Assembly (NCBI GenBank): GCA_052386275.1
Contig: JBQTKI010000027.1
Coordinates: forward strand, 3,109-67,108
Length of the DNA stretch: 64,000 nucleotides
Origin: Gammaproteobacteria bacterium
Lineage (GTDB): Bacteria > Pseudomonadota > Gammaproteobacteria > Steroidobacterales > Steroidobacteraceae
Reading direction: 5' to 3'
Shown here: positions 20,171-28,863 of the stretch, in pieces
How the letters are laid out: each line of letters opens with the position of its first letter
Numbering within the stretch: the stretch's first letter is position 1
Program-made: the position numbers and the translations under genes
The notes under the pieces: generated by a model
The model's database searches: none
What the model was told of the DNA's origin: nothing
Seen by the model: only the letters and a program-made list of their open reading frames with translations

Positions 20171-20226
20171 GCCGCGCTGTCCTGCAGCGAGCCGCTCCAT
20201 TACAATGCGGGCCGGAAGTTGAAGTG

Positions 20227-20311
20227 TGGTGCCCAGGAGAGGACTCGAACCTCCACGCCTCTCGGCACTAAGACCTGAACCTAGCGCGTCTACCAATTCC
20301 GCCACCTGGGC
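20227..20311 (-). tRNA. tRNA-Leu (anticodon CAG), long variable arm, encoded CCA
   Basis: Reverse complement GCCCAGGTGGCGGAATTGGTAGACGCGCTAGGTTCAGGTCTTAGTGCCGAGAGGCGTGGAGGTTCGAGTCCTCTCCTGGGCACCA. The 7-bp acceptor stem, D-arm and TTCGAGT T-loop closely match E. coli tRNA-Leu(CAG). Confidence 0.93.
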
Positions 20312-20349
20312 ACAGGTTGCGGCCGGGCGACCCCGGCTGAGGGCGCGTC

Positions 20350-20378
20350 AATTTACGCAGGCACCATTTTCATGTCAA
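20350..20378 (-). promoter_or_regulatory. sigma70-like promoter for tRNA-Leu: TTGACA-N17-TAAATT
   Basis: Minus-strand TTGACA at 20378..20373, a 17-nt spacer, then TAAATT at 20355..20350. Lies about 38 nt upstream of the tRNA 5' end. Confidence 0.5.
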
Positions 20379-20391
20379 TGGCAGTGAACCC

Positions 20392-22626
20392 ATGAGCCGC
20401 AAGCCGCGCTGGCAGGATGCCGACCCGCGCTTTCGCGAGGAATCGGCGCGCTACGAGCGCCCGGTACCGAGCCGCGAACTGCTGCTGCAGTCGCTCGCCG
20501 AGGCGCGCGAACCGCTCGCCTTGCCGGCGCTCGCCGGCCGGCTCGGCCTGCGGGACGAGGAACGCGACGCGCTCGTGAAGCGGCTCGAGGCGATGGTGCG
20601 CGACGGGCAGCTCCTGCAGAACCGTGCCGGGCAATACTGCCTGGTGGAACGACTCGCGCTCATCGTCGGCACGGTCAGCGGCCACCGCGACGGCTTCGGG
20701 TTCCTCGCGCCGGATGGCGGCGGCGACGACCTGTTCCTGCCCTACCGCGAGATGCGCATGCTGATGCACGGCGACCGCGTGGCCGCGCGCGTGACCGGCC
20801 GCGACCCGCGCGGCCGTCCCGAGGGCACGGTGATCGAGGTGCTCGAGCGGCGCACGAGGCAGGTGGCGGGCCGCTTCTCGCTCGAGGCCGGCGTGGGCTT
20901 CGTGGTGCCGGACAACCGGCGCATCAGCCAGCGAATCGTGGTGCCGCGCGAGCACGCGGGATCGGCGCGCCACGGCGACCTCGCGGTGGTCGAGATCATC
21001 GAACAGCCGAGCCGCCACCACGACCCGGTCGGGCGCGTGCTGCGCGTGCTGCCGGAAGGCGGCGGCGCGGCGACCGCGATCGACCTCGCGATCGCCTCGC
21101 ACGGGCTGCCGCACGAGTTTGCGGCCGAGGTCCAGCGCGAGGCGCGCCGCTACGGCCGCGAGGTGGATGCCGCCGCGGCCGCGGGCCGCGAGGACCTGCG
21201 CCGGCTACCGCTCGTCACGATCGACGGCGAAGACGCGCGCGATTTCGACGACGCGGTGTGGGCCGAGGAGACCGCCCAGGGGTTCCGGCTGATCGTCGCG
21301 ATCGCGGACGTGAGCCACTACGTGCGGCCCGGCGGCGCGCTCGACGCCGAGGCGCGCGAACGCGCGACCTCGGTCTACTTCCCGGGCCGCGTGCTGCCGA
21401 TGCTGCCGGAGGAACTCTCGAATCACCTCTGCTCGCTGATGCCGCAGGTGGACCGGCTGTGCCTGGCCTGCGAGATGCAGGTGAACCGGGCCGGGACGGT
21501 GACGCACAGCCGCTTCTACGCGGCGGTCATGCGTTCGGCGGCGCGCCTCACCTACACGCAGGTCGCGGCGCTGCTCGACGGGCGTGACCCGGCGGCGCGG
21601 ACGGCGCTGTCGCCGGTGCTGCCGGTGATCGAACGCCTGCACCGGGCCTACGGCGCCCTGCGTAAGCGGCGCGAGGCACGCGGCGCGCTCGACTTCGAGG
21701 CGCCCGAGGTCAGGGTGCTGCTCGACGCGAACAACGAGGTCGCCGATATCCGCGAATACCCGAGGAACGACGCGCACCGGCTGATCGAGGAGTGCATGAT
21801 CGCGGCCAACGTCGAGGCGGCGCGGTTCCTCAAGAAACGGCGGCTGCCCGCGTTATTCCGGATCCACGACAAGCCGGACGAGGACCGCCTGGACGAGCTC
21901 AAGCGCTTCCTGTCGATGCGCGGCGTGCACCTCGACCTCGCCGGCAGCCTTGAGCCGAAGCGGCTGCAGAAGGCACTGAAGTCCATTGCGCATCGCCCCG
22001 ACGCCGGCGTGCTCGAGAATGCGATCATCCGCTCCCTGCCGCAGGCGCTGTACCAGCCGCTCAACATCGGCCACTTTGGCCTCGCGCTCGCGGAGTACGC
22101 GCACTTCACCTCGCCGATCCGCCGCTACCCGGACCTGCTGGTGCACCGCGGGATCCGGCACGCGCTCGCCGGCGGCTCCGTTGCCGATTTCGTGCATTCC
22201 CCGCGCGAGATGGAGACGCTCGGTCAGGAATGCTCGTTGCGCGAGCGGCGCGCGGACGAGGCGGCGCGCTCGGTCGTGGCCTGGCTCAAGTGCGAGTACA
22301 TGCGCCCGCGCATCGGTGAAGAGTTCGACGCGATCGTGACCGGCGTCGCCGAGTTCGGCGCGTTCGTCCAGCTCAAGGGGCTGCAGGTGGACGGCCTGGT
22401 GCACGTGACCTCGCTGCCGCGCGATTACTACCGCTTTCACGAACGCGACCGCACCCTGGTGGGCGAGCGCACCCGGCAGCGCATCTCGATCGGCGACGAA
22501 CTGCGGGTGCGGCTGGTGCGGGTGGATTCCACCGAGCGCAAGATCGACTTCGAGCAGGTCGCGAAGTCCGCCGCGCATTTCCACCCACGCCGCCGGGAGG
22601 GCCGCTCCGCCCGGCAGAAGAAATGA
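20392..22626 (+). CDS. rnr: ribonuclease R
   Basis: 744 aa. RNB catalytic region VTIDGEDARDFDDAVWAE...ALYQPLNIGHFGLALAEYAHFTSPIRRYPDLLVHR. C-terminal S1 domain and basic tail. Confidence 0.93.
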   Translation: MSRKPRWQDADPRFREESARYERPVPSRELLLQSLAEAREPLALPALAGRLGLRDEERDALVKRLEAMVRDGQLLQNRAGQYCLVERLALIVGTVSGHRDGFGFLAPDGGGDDLFLPYREMRMLMHGDRVAARVTGRDPRGRPEGTVIEVLERRTRQVAGRFSLEAGVGFVVPDNRRISQRIVVPREHAGSARHGDLAVVEIIEQPSRHHDPVGRVLRVLPEGGGAATAIDLAIASHGLPHEFAAEVQREARRYGREVDAAAAAGREDLRRLPLVTIDGEDARDFDDAVWAEETAQGFRLIVAIADVSHYVRPGGALDAEARERATSVYFPGRVLPMLPEELSNHLCSLMPQVDRLCLACEMQVNRAGTVTHSRFYAAVMRSAARLTYTQVAALLDGRDPAARTALSPVLPVIERLHRAYGALRKRREARGALDFEAPEVRVLLDANNEVADIREYPRNDAHRLIEECMIAANVEAARFLKKRRLPALFRIHDKPDEDRLDELKRFLSMRGVHLDLAGSLEPKRLQKALKSIAHRPDAGVLENAIIRSLPQALYQPLNIGHFGLALAEYAHFTSPIRRYPDLLVHRGIRHALAGGSVADFVHSPREMETLGQECSLRERRADEAARSVVAWLKCEYMRPRIGEEFDAIVTGVAEFGAFVQLKGLQVDGLVHVTSLPRDYYRFHERDRTLVGERTRQRISIGDELRVRLVRVDSTERKIDFEQVAKSAAHFHPRRREGRSARQKK

Positions 22627-23393
22627 GTGGCGGCTCGCGGGTCTGGGGATTGCACGCGGTGCGCGCCGTGCTGGAGCGCAGGCCCGCGGACGTGCTGCGA
22701 CTCGCCTGCAGCGCCTCGCGCGACGATGCGCGCATGCGCGGGCTGCTGGAACTCGCCGCGGCGCGCGGCGTGCGCACGGATAGGGCGGCGGCGCAGGAAC
22801 TGGACCGCGAAACTGGCGGCGCCGCGCACCAGGGCGTGCTTGCCGAACTGCGCCCGAGCGCGCCACTCGATGAGAACGGGCTGCTCGAGCTGTTGGTCGC
22901 GGCCGCGCCCCCGCTCCTGGTGCTGGTGCTCGACGGCGTATCGGATCCCCACAACCTCGGCGCCTGCCTGCGCACCGCGGATGCGGCGGGGGTGAACGCC
23001 GTGGTCGCCCCGCGCGACCGCGCCGCCGGGCTCACGCCGGTCGTGCGCAAGGTCGCGGCGGGGGCCGCGGAGACCATCCCGTTCGCGCAGGTGACGAACC
23101 TCGCCCGCGCCCTCAAGGACCTCAAGGCGGCCGGGCTCTGGATTGCCGGCACCGCCGGGGATGGCGAACAGGACCTGTACGAGGCAGACCTGACGGGCAG
23201 CCTCGCGCTCGTGATGGGCGCAGAGGGCAGGGGCCTCAGGCGCCTCACGAGGGAATCCTGCGACTTCTGCCTGCGGCTTCCGATGCGCGGGGCGGTGGCG
23301 TCCCTGAATGTCTCGGTCGCGGCTGGCATCGCGCTGTTCGAAGCGCGCCGGCAGCAGGCGGCCCAGGTTGCAAATTCCGAGCGGGTCCGGTAA
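22623..23393 (+). CDS. rlmB: 23S rRNA (guanosine2251-2'-O)-methyltransferase RlmB (SpoU/TrmH)
   Basis: [24 protein letters not shown]...[48 protein letters not shown] overlap with rnr. Confidence 0.9.
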   Translation: MSGGSRVWGLHAVRAVLERRPADVLRLACSASRDDARMRGLLELAAARGVRTDRAAAQELDRETGGAAHQGVLAELRPSAPLDENGLLELLVAAAPPLLVLVLDGVSDPHNLGACLRTADAAGVNAVVAPRDRAAGLTPVVRKVAAGAAETIPFAQVTNLARALKDLKAAGLWIAGTAGDGEQDLYEADLTGSLALVMGAEGRGLRRLTRESCDFCLRLPMRGAVASLNVSVAAGIALFEARRQQAAQVANSERVR

Positions 23394-23407
23394 CTTACGC
23401 GGCCCTC

Positions 23408-23424
23408 GCCCCGGACCCCGGGGC
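23408..23424 (+). terminator. candidate weak intrinsic terminator after rlmB (GCCCCGG-acc-CCGGGGC followed by CTTCTCCTT)
   Basis: 7-bp GC stem read from the sequence, 15 nt after the rlmB stop. The U-tract is poor. Confidence 0.3.
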
Positions 23425-23484
23425 CTTCTCCTTGCCTCACCGGCGCCGCAGCAACGGGAGGCTCACAGCCACGAGGAGGACAAG

Positions 23485-23859
23485 ATGCGGCATTACGAGA
23501 TCGTATTCCTGGTCCACCCCGACCAGAGCGAGCAGGTCCCGGCCATGATCGAGCGCTACCGCGGCATGATCACCGCGGGCGGCGGCGGCGTGCACCGTGT
23601 CGAGGACTGGGGCCGGCGCCAGCTGGCGTTCCCGATCGCCAAGATGCACAAGGCGCACTACGTGCTGTTGAACGTGGAATGCGACGGCAAGGTTCTCGAC
23701 GAGCTGACCGGCGCGTTCCGATTCAGCGACGCGGTGCTGCGGCACCTCGTCGTCAAGATGGATCGCGCGGTCACCGAGCCCTCGCCGATGGCGAAGGAGC
23801 CCGAGGAACGCGAGCGCGGGGACCGCGACCTTCCGCTCGACGCACTCGGCGCGGACTGA
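23485..23859 (+). CDS. rpsF: 30S ribosomal protein S6
   Basis: [29 protein letters not shown]... with an acidic C-terminal tail. GAGGAGGA RBS. Confidence 0.95.
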   Translation: MRHYEIVFLVHPDQSEQVPAMIERYRGMITAGGGGVHRVEDWGRRQLAFPIAKMHKAHYVLLNVECDGKVLDELTGAFRFSDAVLRHLVVKMDRAVTEPSPMAKEPEERERGDRDLPLDALGAD

Positions 23860-23881
23860 GCGGAACAGCGGAGACCCGACC

Positions 23882-24106
23882 ATGTCACGATTCTTCCGGC
23901 GCAAGAAGTACTGCAAGTTCACGGCCGATGGCACCGACCAGATCGATTACAAGGACCTGGCGACGCTCAAGGCCTACATCACCGAGACCGGCAAGATCGT
24001 GCCGAGCCGTATCACCGGCACGCGGTCCTTCTACCAGCGCCAGCTCGCGATCGCGATCAAGCGCGCGCGCTACCTCGGGCTGCTGCCCTACACCGACCAG
24101 CATTGA
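23882..24106 (+). CDS. rpsR: 30S ribosomal protein S18
   Basis: [74 protein letters not shown]. Confidence 0.96.
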   Translation: MSRFFRRKKYCKFTADGTDQIDYKDLATLKAYITETGKIVPSRITGTRSFYQRQLAIAIKRARYLGLLPYTDQH

Positions 24107-24141
24107 GGCGGGCGGGATCGCTCCCGCCGCCGGCACGACCG

Positions 24142-25056
24142 ATGACCTCGTTGCTGCAATGGGTGACTGCGACGCCGCTGCGCGCCTTCCTGGCCGCCGT
24201 GGTAGCGACTCTGGCCGCGCTCTTTGCGCTGCCGATGGCCGCCTGGGTGCCGGCCGGGTTCGTGGTGCTCGCGCTGCTCTCCCGCGGCAATCTGCTCGCG
24301 CTCGCGGCGGCCGCGGGCGCAGTCCTCGTGCTGCTGTGGATGCTGGCGCCGGCCTTCGGCGCCGGCCCGGCGCTCGCGCTCGCGATCGCGATGTTGCTGC
24401 CGGCCATGTGCGGCGGCTACGCGCTCGCACAGACGCGCAGCCTCAACCTCGTGTTCCAGGGCCTGACGCTCGGCGCCGCGCTGCTGGTGCTCACGATCCA
24501 CGGCCTGCTCGGCGATCCCGCGGGAGCGCTGGCGCCGCTGTTCGCCCGGCTCGAGCCGGTACTGCAGCAGGTGGCGGCGACGCTGTCGCAGTGGGGGATC
24601 GAGAGTACGCCTGCGCAGATCGGCGCGGTCACCGCGCGCGCCGCCTGGGCCACGCTCGGATGGATGGTGCTGCTGCATGCGCTGCTGGCGCAGTTCGCGG
24701 GCCTCTGGGGGCTCGGTCGCCTGCGCCAGCCCGGCCTGTTCGCGCGGGAATTCGGCCGCCTCTCGCTGGGGCGCTTCATCGCCTGGGCGCTGGCCGCCGC
24801 CTTCGCCGTCTCGCTCGCCGCGCACCAGATGGTGGCCGGCGGCTGGCAGGCGGCGGACGACGTGGTGTTCGTGCTGGCCGCGGCCTTCCTGGTGCAGGCG
24901 CTCGCCGTGATGCACGGCCTGCGCGAGCTGCAGGTCATCGGCCAGCTGCCCGTGATTCTCGCCTACGCCGCGCTGCTGATCGCGCCGGTCGCGCTGGTCG
25001 GCATCGGTTTCGCGGACACCTGGGTCCGCTTTCGTGAGAGATTCGTCAAGAGGTAA
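24142..25056 (+). CDS. conserved polytopic inner-membrane protein of unknown function (possibly DUF2232/YybS-like) inside the rpsF-rplI operon
   Basis: About 8 hydrophobic segments. Occupies the slot between rpsR and rplI, as the PA4933 position in P. aeruginosa (from memory). I prefer the ATG at 24142 (MTSLLQW) over the TTG at 24103. Confidence 0.65.
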   Translation: MTSLLQWVTATPLRAFLAAVVATLAALFALPMAAWVPAGFVVLALLSRGNLLALAAAAGAVLVLLWMLAPAFGAGPALALAIAMLLPAMCGGYALAQTRSLNLVFQGLTLGAALLVLTIHGLLGDPAGALAPLFARLEPVLQQVAATLSQWGIESTPAQIGAVTARAAWATLGWMVLLHALLAQFAGLWGLGRLRQPGLFAREFGRLSLGRFIAWALAAAFAVSLAAHQMVAGGWQAADDVVFVLAAAFLVQALAVMHGLRELQVIGQLPVILAYAALLIAPVALVGIGFADTWVRFRERFVKR

Positions 25057-25062
25057 CCGCCC

Positions 25063-25512
25063 ATGGAAGTCATCCTGCTCCAGAAGATCGCCAACCTCGG
25101 CGACATCGGCGACCGCGTGAAGGTCAAGCCCGGCTTCGGCCGCAACTACCTGCTGCCCGGCGGCAAGGCGACGCTCGCGACGCCCGCGAACATCGCGAAG
25201 TTCGAGGCGCGGCGCGCCGAGCTCGAAGCCAGGGCCGCGAATGACCTCACCTCGGCCCAGAGCCGCGCCGCCGCGCTCGAGGGCCTCAAGCTCAGCATCA
25301 CCGCCAAGGCTGGCAGCGAGGGCAAGCTGTTCGGCTCGATCGGTACGACCGACATCGCCGAGGCCTGCCAGGCCGCGGGCCACGTGATCGAGCGTTCCGA
25401 GGTGCGCCTGCCCGCGGGCCCGATCCGGACGGTCGGGGAGCATTCCATTGTGCTGCACCTGCACAGCGACATCGACGTCCAGTTGCCGGTCACGGTCGTC
25501 GCCGAGGAATAG
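25063..25512 (+). CDS. rplI: 50S ribosomal protein L9
   Basis: [36 protein letters not shown]. Confidence 0.95.
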   Translation: MEVILLQKIANLGDIGDRVKVKPGFGRNYLLPGGKATLATPANIAKFEARRAELEARAANDLTSAQSRAAALEGLKLSITAKAGSEGKLFGSIGTTDIAEACQAAGHVIERSEVRLPAGPIRTVGEHSIVLHLHSDIDVQLPVTVVAEE

Positions 25513-25557
25513 CCGCTTCCCCGCGCGGGTCCCTGCCGCCGGGGGTATGCTTTCGGC

Positions 25558-26928
25558 ATGGTCGCGATCATCCGCCAGGACGAGGTCCGCGCGCCGCCCC
25601 ATTCAGTGGAGGCGGAGCAGGCGGTGCTGGGCGGCCTCATGCTCGACGTCAACGCCTGGGACGCGGTGGCCGACATCGTCACCGCGACCGACTTCTACCG
25701 CCGCGACCATCGGCTGATCTTCGAGGCGATCGCCGAGGTCGCCGAGAAGCGCGGCGCCTGCGATGCGGTCACCGTCTCCGAGCAGCTCGAGCGCAAGGGC
25801 CGGCTCGAAGAGATCGGCGGGCTCGCCTATCTCGGCACCATCGCGCGCGATACGCCGTCCGCCGCCAATGTGCGCGCCTACGCGGAGATCATCCGCGAGC
25901 GCTCGATCCTCCGGCAGCTCGCCGCCGCCGGCGCCGAGATCGCCGCATCCGCGACCGACAGCCGCGGGCGCGCCGCGTCCGAGCTCGTCGACGAGGCGGA
26001 GCGGCGCGTGTTCGAGATCGCCGAGCGCGGCAGCCGCGGCCGCTTCGGCTTCATTGCGATCAAGGACGTGCTGCCGGAGACCATCGACCGCCTCGACCTG
26101 CTGCACCAGTCCCCGGGCGAGATGCGCGGCGTGCCGAGCGGGTTCACCCAGCTCGACAAGAAGACCACCGGCCTGCAGCCGGGGGACCTCGTGGTGATCG
26201 CGGGGCGGCCCTCGATGGGCAAGACCACGCTCGCGGTCAACATCGCCGAGTACGCCGCGGTTGGCAAGAACATTCCGACGGCGATCTTTTCGATGGAAAT
26301 GTCGGCTGAGCAGCTGACACTCAGACTGATCTCGTCGCTCGGCAGCGTCAACCAGTCGCATCTTCGCACCGGCGAGTTTTCCACCGAGGATTGGGCGCGC
26401 ATTCAAGGCGCCATGTCCCAGCTCTCGGGCGCGCCGCTGTACGTGGACGAGTCGCCGGCGCTGACGCCGACCGAGGTGCGGGCGCGCGCGCGGCGGCTCA
26501 AGCGCGAGCGCGGTCTGGGGCTCGTCGTGGTGGACTACCTGCAGCTGATGCAGGTGCCGGGCACCAAGGAAAACCGCGCCACCGAGATCTCGGAGATCTC
26601 GCGGAGTCTCAAGGCGCTCGCCAAGGAGCTGCAGGTGCCGGTGGTTGCGCTATCGCAGCTGAACCGCGCGGTCGAGCAGCGCACCGACAAGAAGCCGGTA
26701 ATGTCCGACCTGCGCGAATCCGGCGCGATCGAGCAGGACAGCGACCTGATCCTCCTCATCTACCGCGAGGAGGTCTACGACTCGAACACGGCGCGTAAGG
26801 GTCTCGCCGACATCATCATCGCCAAGCAGCGCAATGGTCCGGTCGGAGAAGTGCTGCTGACATTCCAGGGCGAGTACACCCGTTTCAAGACCTATGTCGC
26901 GGAGTCCTACGGCGAGGGCGCTTTCTGA
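25558..26928 (+). CDS. dnaB: replicative DNA helicase DnaB (no intein)
   Basis: PPHSVEAEQAVLGGLMLD...GDLVVIAGRPSMGKTTLAVNIA (Walker A)...LVVVDYLQLM...VVALSQLNRAVEQR. The 456-aa length is canonical. Confidence 0.95.
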   Translation: MVAIIRQDEVRAPPHSVEAEQAVLGGLMLDVNAWDAVADIVTATDFYRRDHRLIFEAIAEVAEKRGACDAVTVSEQLERKGRLEEIGGLAYLGTIARDTPSAANVRAYAEIIRERSILRQLAAAGAEIAASATDSRGRAASELVDEAERRVFEIAERGSRGRFGFIAIKDVLPETIDRLDLLHQSPGEMRGVPSGFTQLDKKTTGLQPGDLVVIAGRPSMGKTTLAVNIAEYAAVGKNIPTAIFSMEMSAEQLTLRLISSLGSVNQSHLRTGEFSTEDWARIQGAMSQLSGAPLYVDESPALTPTEVRARARRLKRERGLGLVVVDYLQLMQVPGTKENRATEISEISRSLKALAKELQVPVVALSQLNRAVEQRTDKKPVMSDLRESGAIEQDSDLILLIYREEVYDSNTARKGLADIIIAKQRNGPVGEVLLTFQGEYTRFKTYVAESYGEGAF

Positions 26929-26984
26929 CGGCCGGGCCACGCGCCGTCATCGAGACGGCGGCCTTCGCACACAATCTGCGGCGC

Positions 26985-28007
26985 GTGCGCGAGCTCGCCC
27001 CGGAGAGCAAGGTGCTCGCGGTCATCAAGGCGAACGGCTACGGCCACGGCATCGTGACGGCGGCCCGCGCGCTCGCGGGCGCGGACGGCTTCGCGGTGGC
27101 CCGGCTCGACGAGGCCACGGTGCTGCGCGACGCGGGCGTCCTGGGCCGCATCGTGCTGCTGTCGGGCGTGCAGGATGCGGCGGGCATGGAGGCCGCGGCG
27201 CTTCTCGGGCTCGAGCTCTTCGCGCACCATGCGGGCCAGGTCGAGCTGCTCGAACGCTGGCGCGGCCCGCATTTGTTCCGCGTCTGGCTCAAAATCGACA
27301 GCGGCATGGGCCGGCTCGGGTTTCGCCCCGACGCGGCGCCACAGGCCGCGGCGCGGCTCGCCGCCTGTGGCGGCGTCGTGCAGCCGCCGCTGCTCGCGAC
27401 TCATCTCGCCGAGGCCGAGGCCGAGGGCAACCCGCATACGCGCGCGCAGCTCGAGCGCTTCGCCGCGGCGACCCGCGGCCTGCCGGGCGAGCGCAGCATC
27501 GCAAATTCCGCGGGCCTCGCGGCCTGGCCGGAGGCCCGCGCCGACTGGGTGCGGCCGGGCCTGATGCTCTACGGCCTGTCGCCGTTCCCGGACCGCACCG
27601 GCGCCGAGCTCGGGCTGCAGCCCGCGATGCGGTTCGAGACCGGCGTGATCGCGGTCAAGGACCTCGCGCGCGGCGACCGTGTCGGCTATGGCGGCGCCTG
27701 GACCGCGCCCGCCGCCGCGCGCATCGCGATCGCCGCGGCAGGTTATGGCGACGGTTATCCGCGCAGCGCGCCGAATGGCACGCCGGTGCGGGTGGCCGGG
27801 CGCCCGGCTGTGCTCGTCGGCCGCGTCTCGATGGACATGATCGCGATTGACCTGACCGGGCGCGACGACGTCGCGGTCGGCGCGCCGGTCGAATTGTGGG
27901 GCGCGGAACTGCCGGCCGAGCGCGTCGCGGCGGCGGCCGGGACCATCGCCTACGAACTTGTCTGCCGCGTCAGCCGGCGCGTGCCGTTTCTGGTGCGCGG
28001 CCCTTGA
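26985..28007 (+). CDS. alr: alanine racemase
   Basis: VLAVIKANGYGHG (PLP-Lys motif)...YGGAW...VSMDMIAIDL. 26985 (GTG) is the first canonical start, but alr-like sequence continues upstream in frame (RPRAVIETAAFAHNLRRV); see findings. Confidence 0.88.
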   Translation: MRELAPESKVLAVIKANGYGHGIVTAARALAGADGFAVARLDEATVLRDAGVLGRIVLLSGVQDAAGMEAAALLGLELFAHHAGQVELLERWRGPHLFRVWLKIDSGMGRLGFRPDAAPQAAARLAACGGVVQPPLLATHLAEAEAEGNPHTRAQLERFAAATRGLPGERSIANSAGLAAWPEARADWVRPGLMLYGLSPFPDRTGAELGLQPAMRFETGVIAVKDLARGDRVGYGGAWTAPAAARIAIAAAGYGDGYPRSAPNGTPVRVAGRPAVLVGRVSMDMIAIDLTGRDDVAVGAPVELWGAELPAERVAAAAGTIAYELVCRVSRRVPFLVRGP

Positions 28008-28855
28008 AGGTGCTGGTGACCGGCGCCTCCGGCCGCATCGGCGGCGCGGTCGCGGCGCGCCTCGCACTGGCGCACCAGGTGACGGGTTACGACCTGCGCC
28101 CGGGACCGATGACGCAGGTCACCGGCGACGTCTGCGACACGGTTCAGGTCGCGCGCCTGCTGGCCGGCGTGGGTGCCGTCGTGCACACGGCCTCGCTGCA
28201 CGTGCCGGACCTGGCTGCGAGGAGCGCGGCGGACTTCCACCGCGTCAACGTGGAAGCTACGCGCAGGCTGCTTGCCGCCTGCGGCGAGGCGGGCGTGCGT
28301 CGCTTCGTCTACACGAGCACCACCTCGCTGTACGGCAATGCGATGGTGCCGGAGGGTGCCGCGGTCTGGGTTACCGAGTCGCTGCCGCCGCGGCCGCGCG
28401 ACGTGTACGACGAGACCAAGCTTGCGGCCGAGGAATCCTGCCGCGAGGCGGCACAGGCGGGACTCGCCTGCGTGGCGCTGCGCATGTCGCGCTGCTTCGC
28501 CGAGATGCCGCAGCTCGTCGCCGGCTATCGCCTGCACCGCGGCGTGGATGCCGAAGACGTCGCGCGGGCGCACGAGCTCGCGCTCGCCGCGCCCGCCGCC
28601 GGCTTCGCGGCGTACAACGTGTCGGCGCCGACGCCGTTCCTGCAATCCGACTGCCGGGAGCTCCTCGCCGATGCGCCCGGCGTGATCGCGGTGCGCGTGC
28701 CCTGGGCCGCCGCCGAGTTCGCGCGCCGCGGCTGGGATTTGCCTCGCTCCATCGACCGCGTTTATGTTGTGGATCGGGCGATCGCAAATCTCGGGTACCG
28801 CCCGGTGCACGATTTCGCATCGCTGTTCCGGCGTCCGGCGCCGGTGCCGGGCTGA
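28004..28855 (+). CDS. NAD(P)-dependent epimerase/dehydratase-family oxidoreductase
   Basis: (L/M)KVLVTGASGRIGGAVAARL (Rossmann GxxGxxG), catalytic YDETK (YxxxK). TTG at 28004 overlaps the alr stop (TTGA); GTG at 28010 is an alternative. Confidence 0.75.
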   Translation: MKVLVTGASGRIGGAVAARLALAHQVTGYDLRPGPMTQVTGDVCDTVQVARLLAGVGAVVHTASLHVPDLAARSAADFHRVNVEATRRLLAACGEAGVRRFVYTSTTSLYGNAMVPEGAAVWVTESLPPRPRDVYDETKLAAEESCREAAQAGLACVALRMSRCFAEMPQLVAGYRLHRGVDAEDVARAHELALAAPAAGFAAYNVSAPTPFLQSDCRELLADAPGVIAVRVPWAAAEFARRGWDLPRSIDRVYVVDRAIANLGYRPVHDFASLFRRPAPVPG

Positions 28856-28863
28856 CGGGGAGA

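Noticed and set aside
11989-20311. The purA-to-tRNA-Leu block as a mobile genomic island integrated at the tRNA 3' end.
   Set aside because: - No integrase, transposase or phage gene is present.
- I could not find a direct repeat of the tRNA-Leu 3' end (tggtgcccaggagagg...) near 11989-12001.
- GC content and codon style look native.
- I treat it as a lineage-specific insertion in a conserved backbone, not a recent mobile element.
23394-23484. The S6:S18-binding autoregulatory leader structure upstream of rpsF.
   Set aside because: It is plausible from known biology, but I could not confidently fold or recognise the conserved motif by eye. Only the short hairpin at 23408..23424 is reported, as a weak terminator candidate.
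25558-26928. Inteins in DnaB or RadA, both common intein hosts, given the SufB intein.
   Set aside because: Both proteins have canonical lengths (456 aa and 449 aa) with contiguous conserved motifs. Neither carries an insertion.
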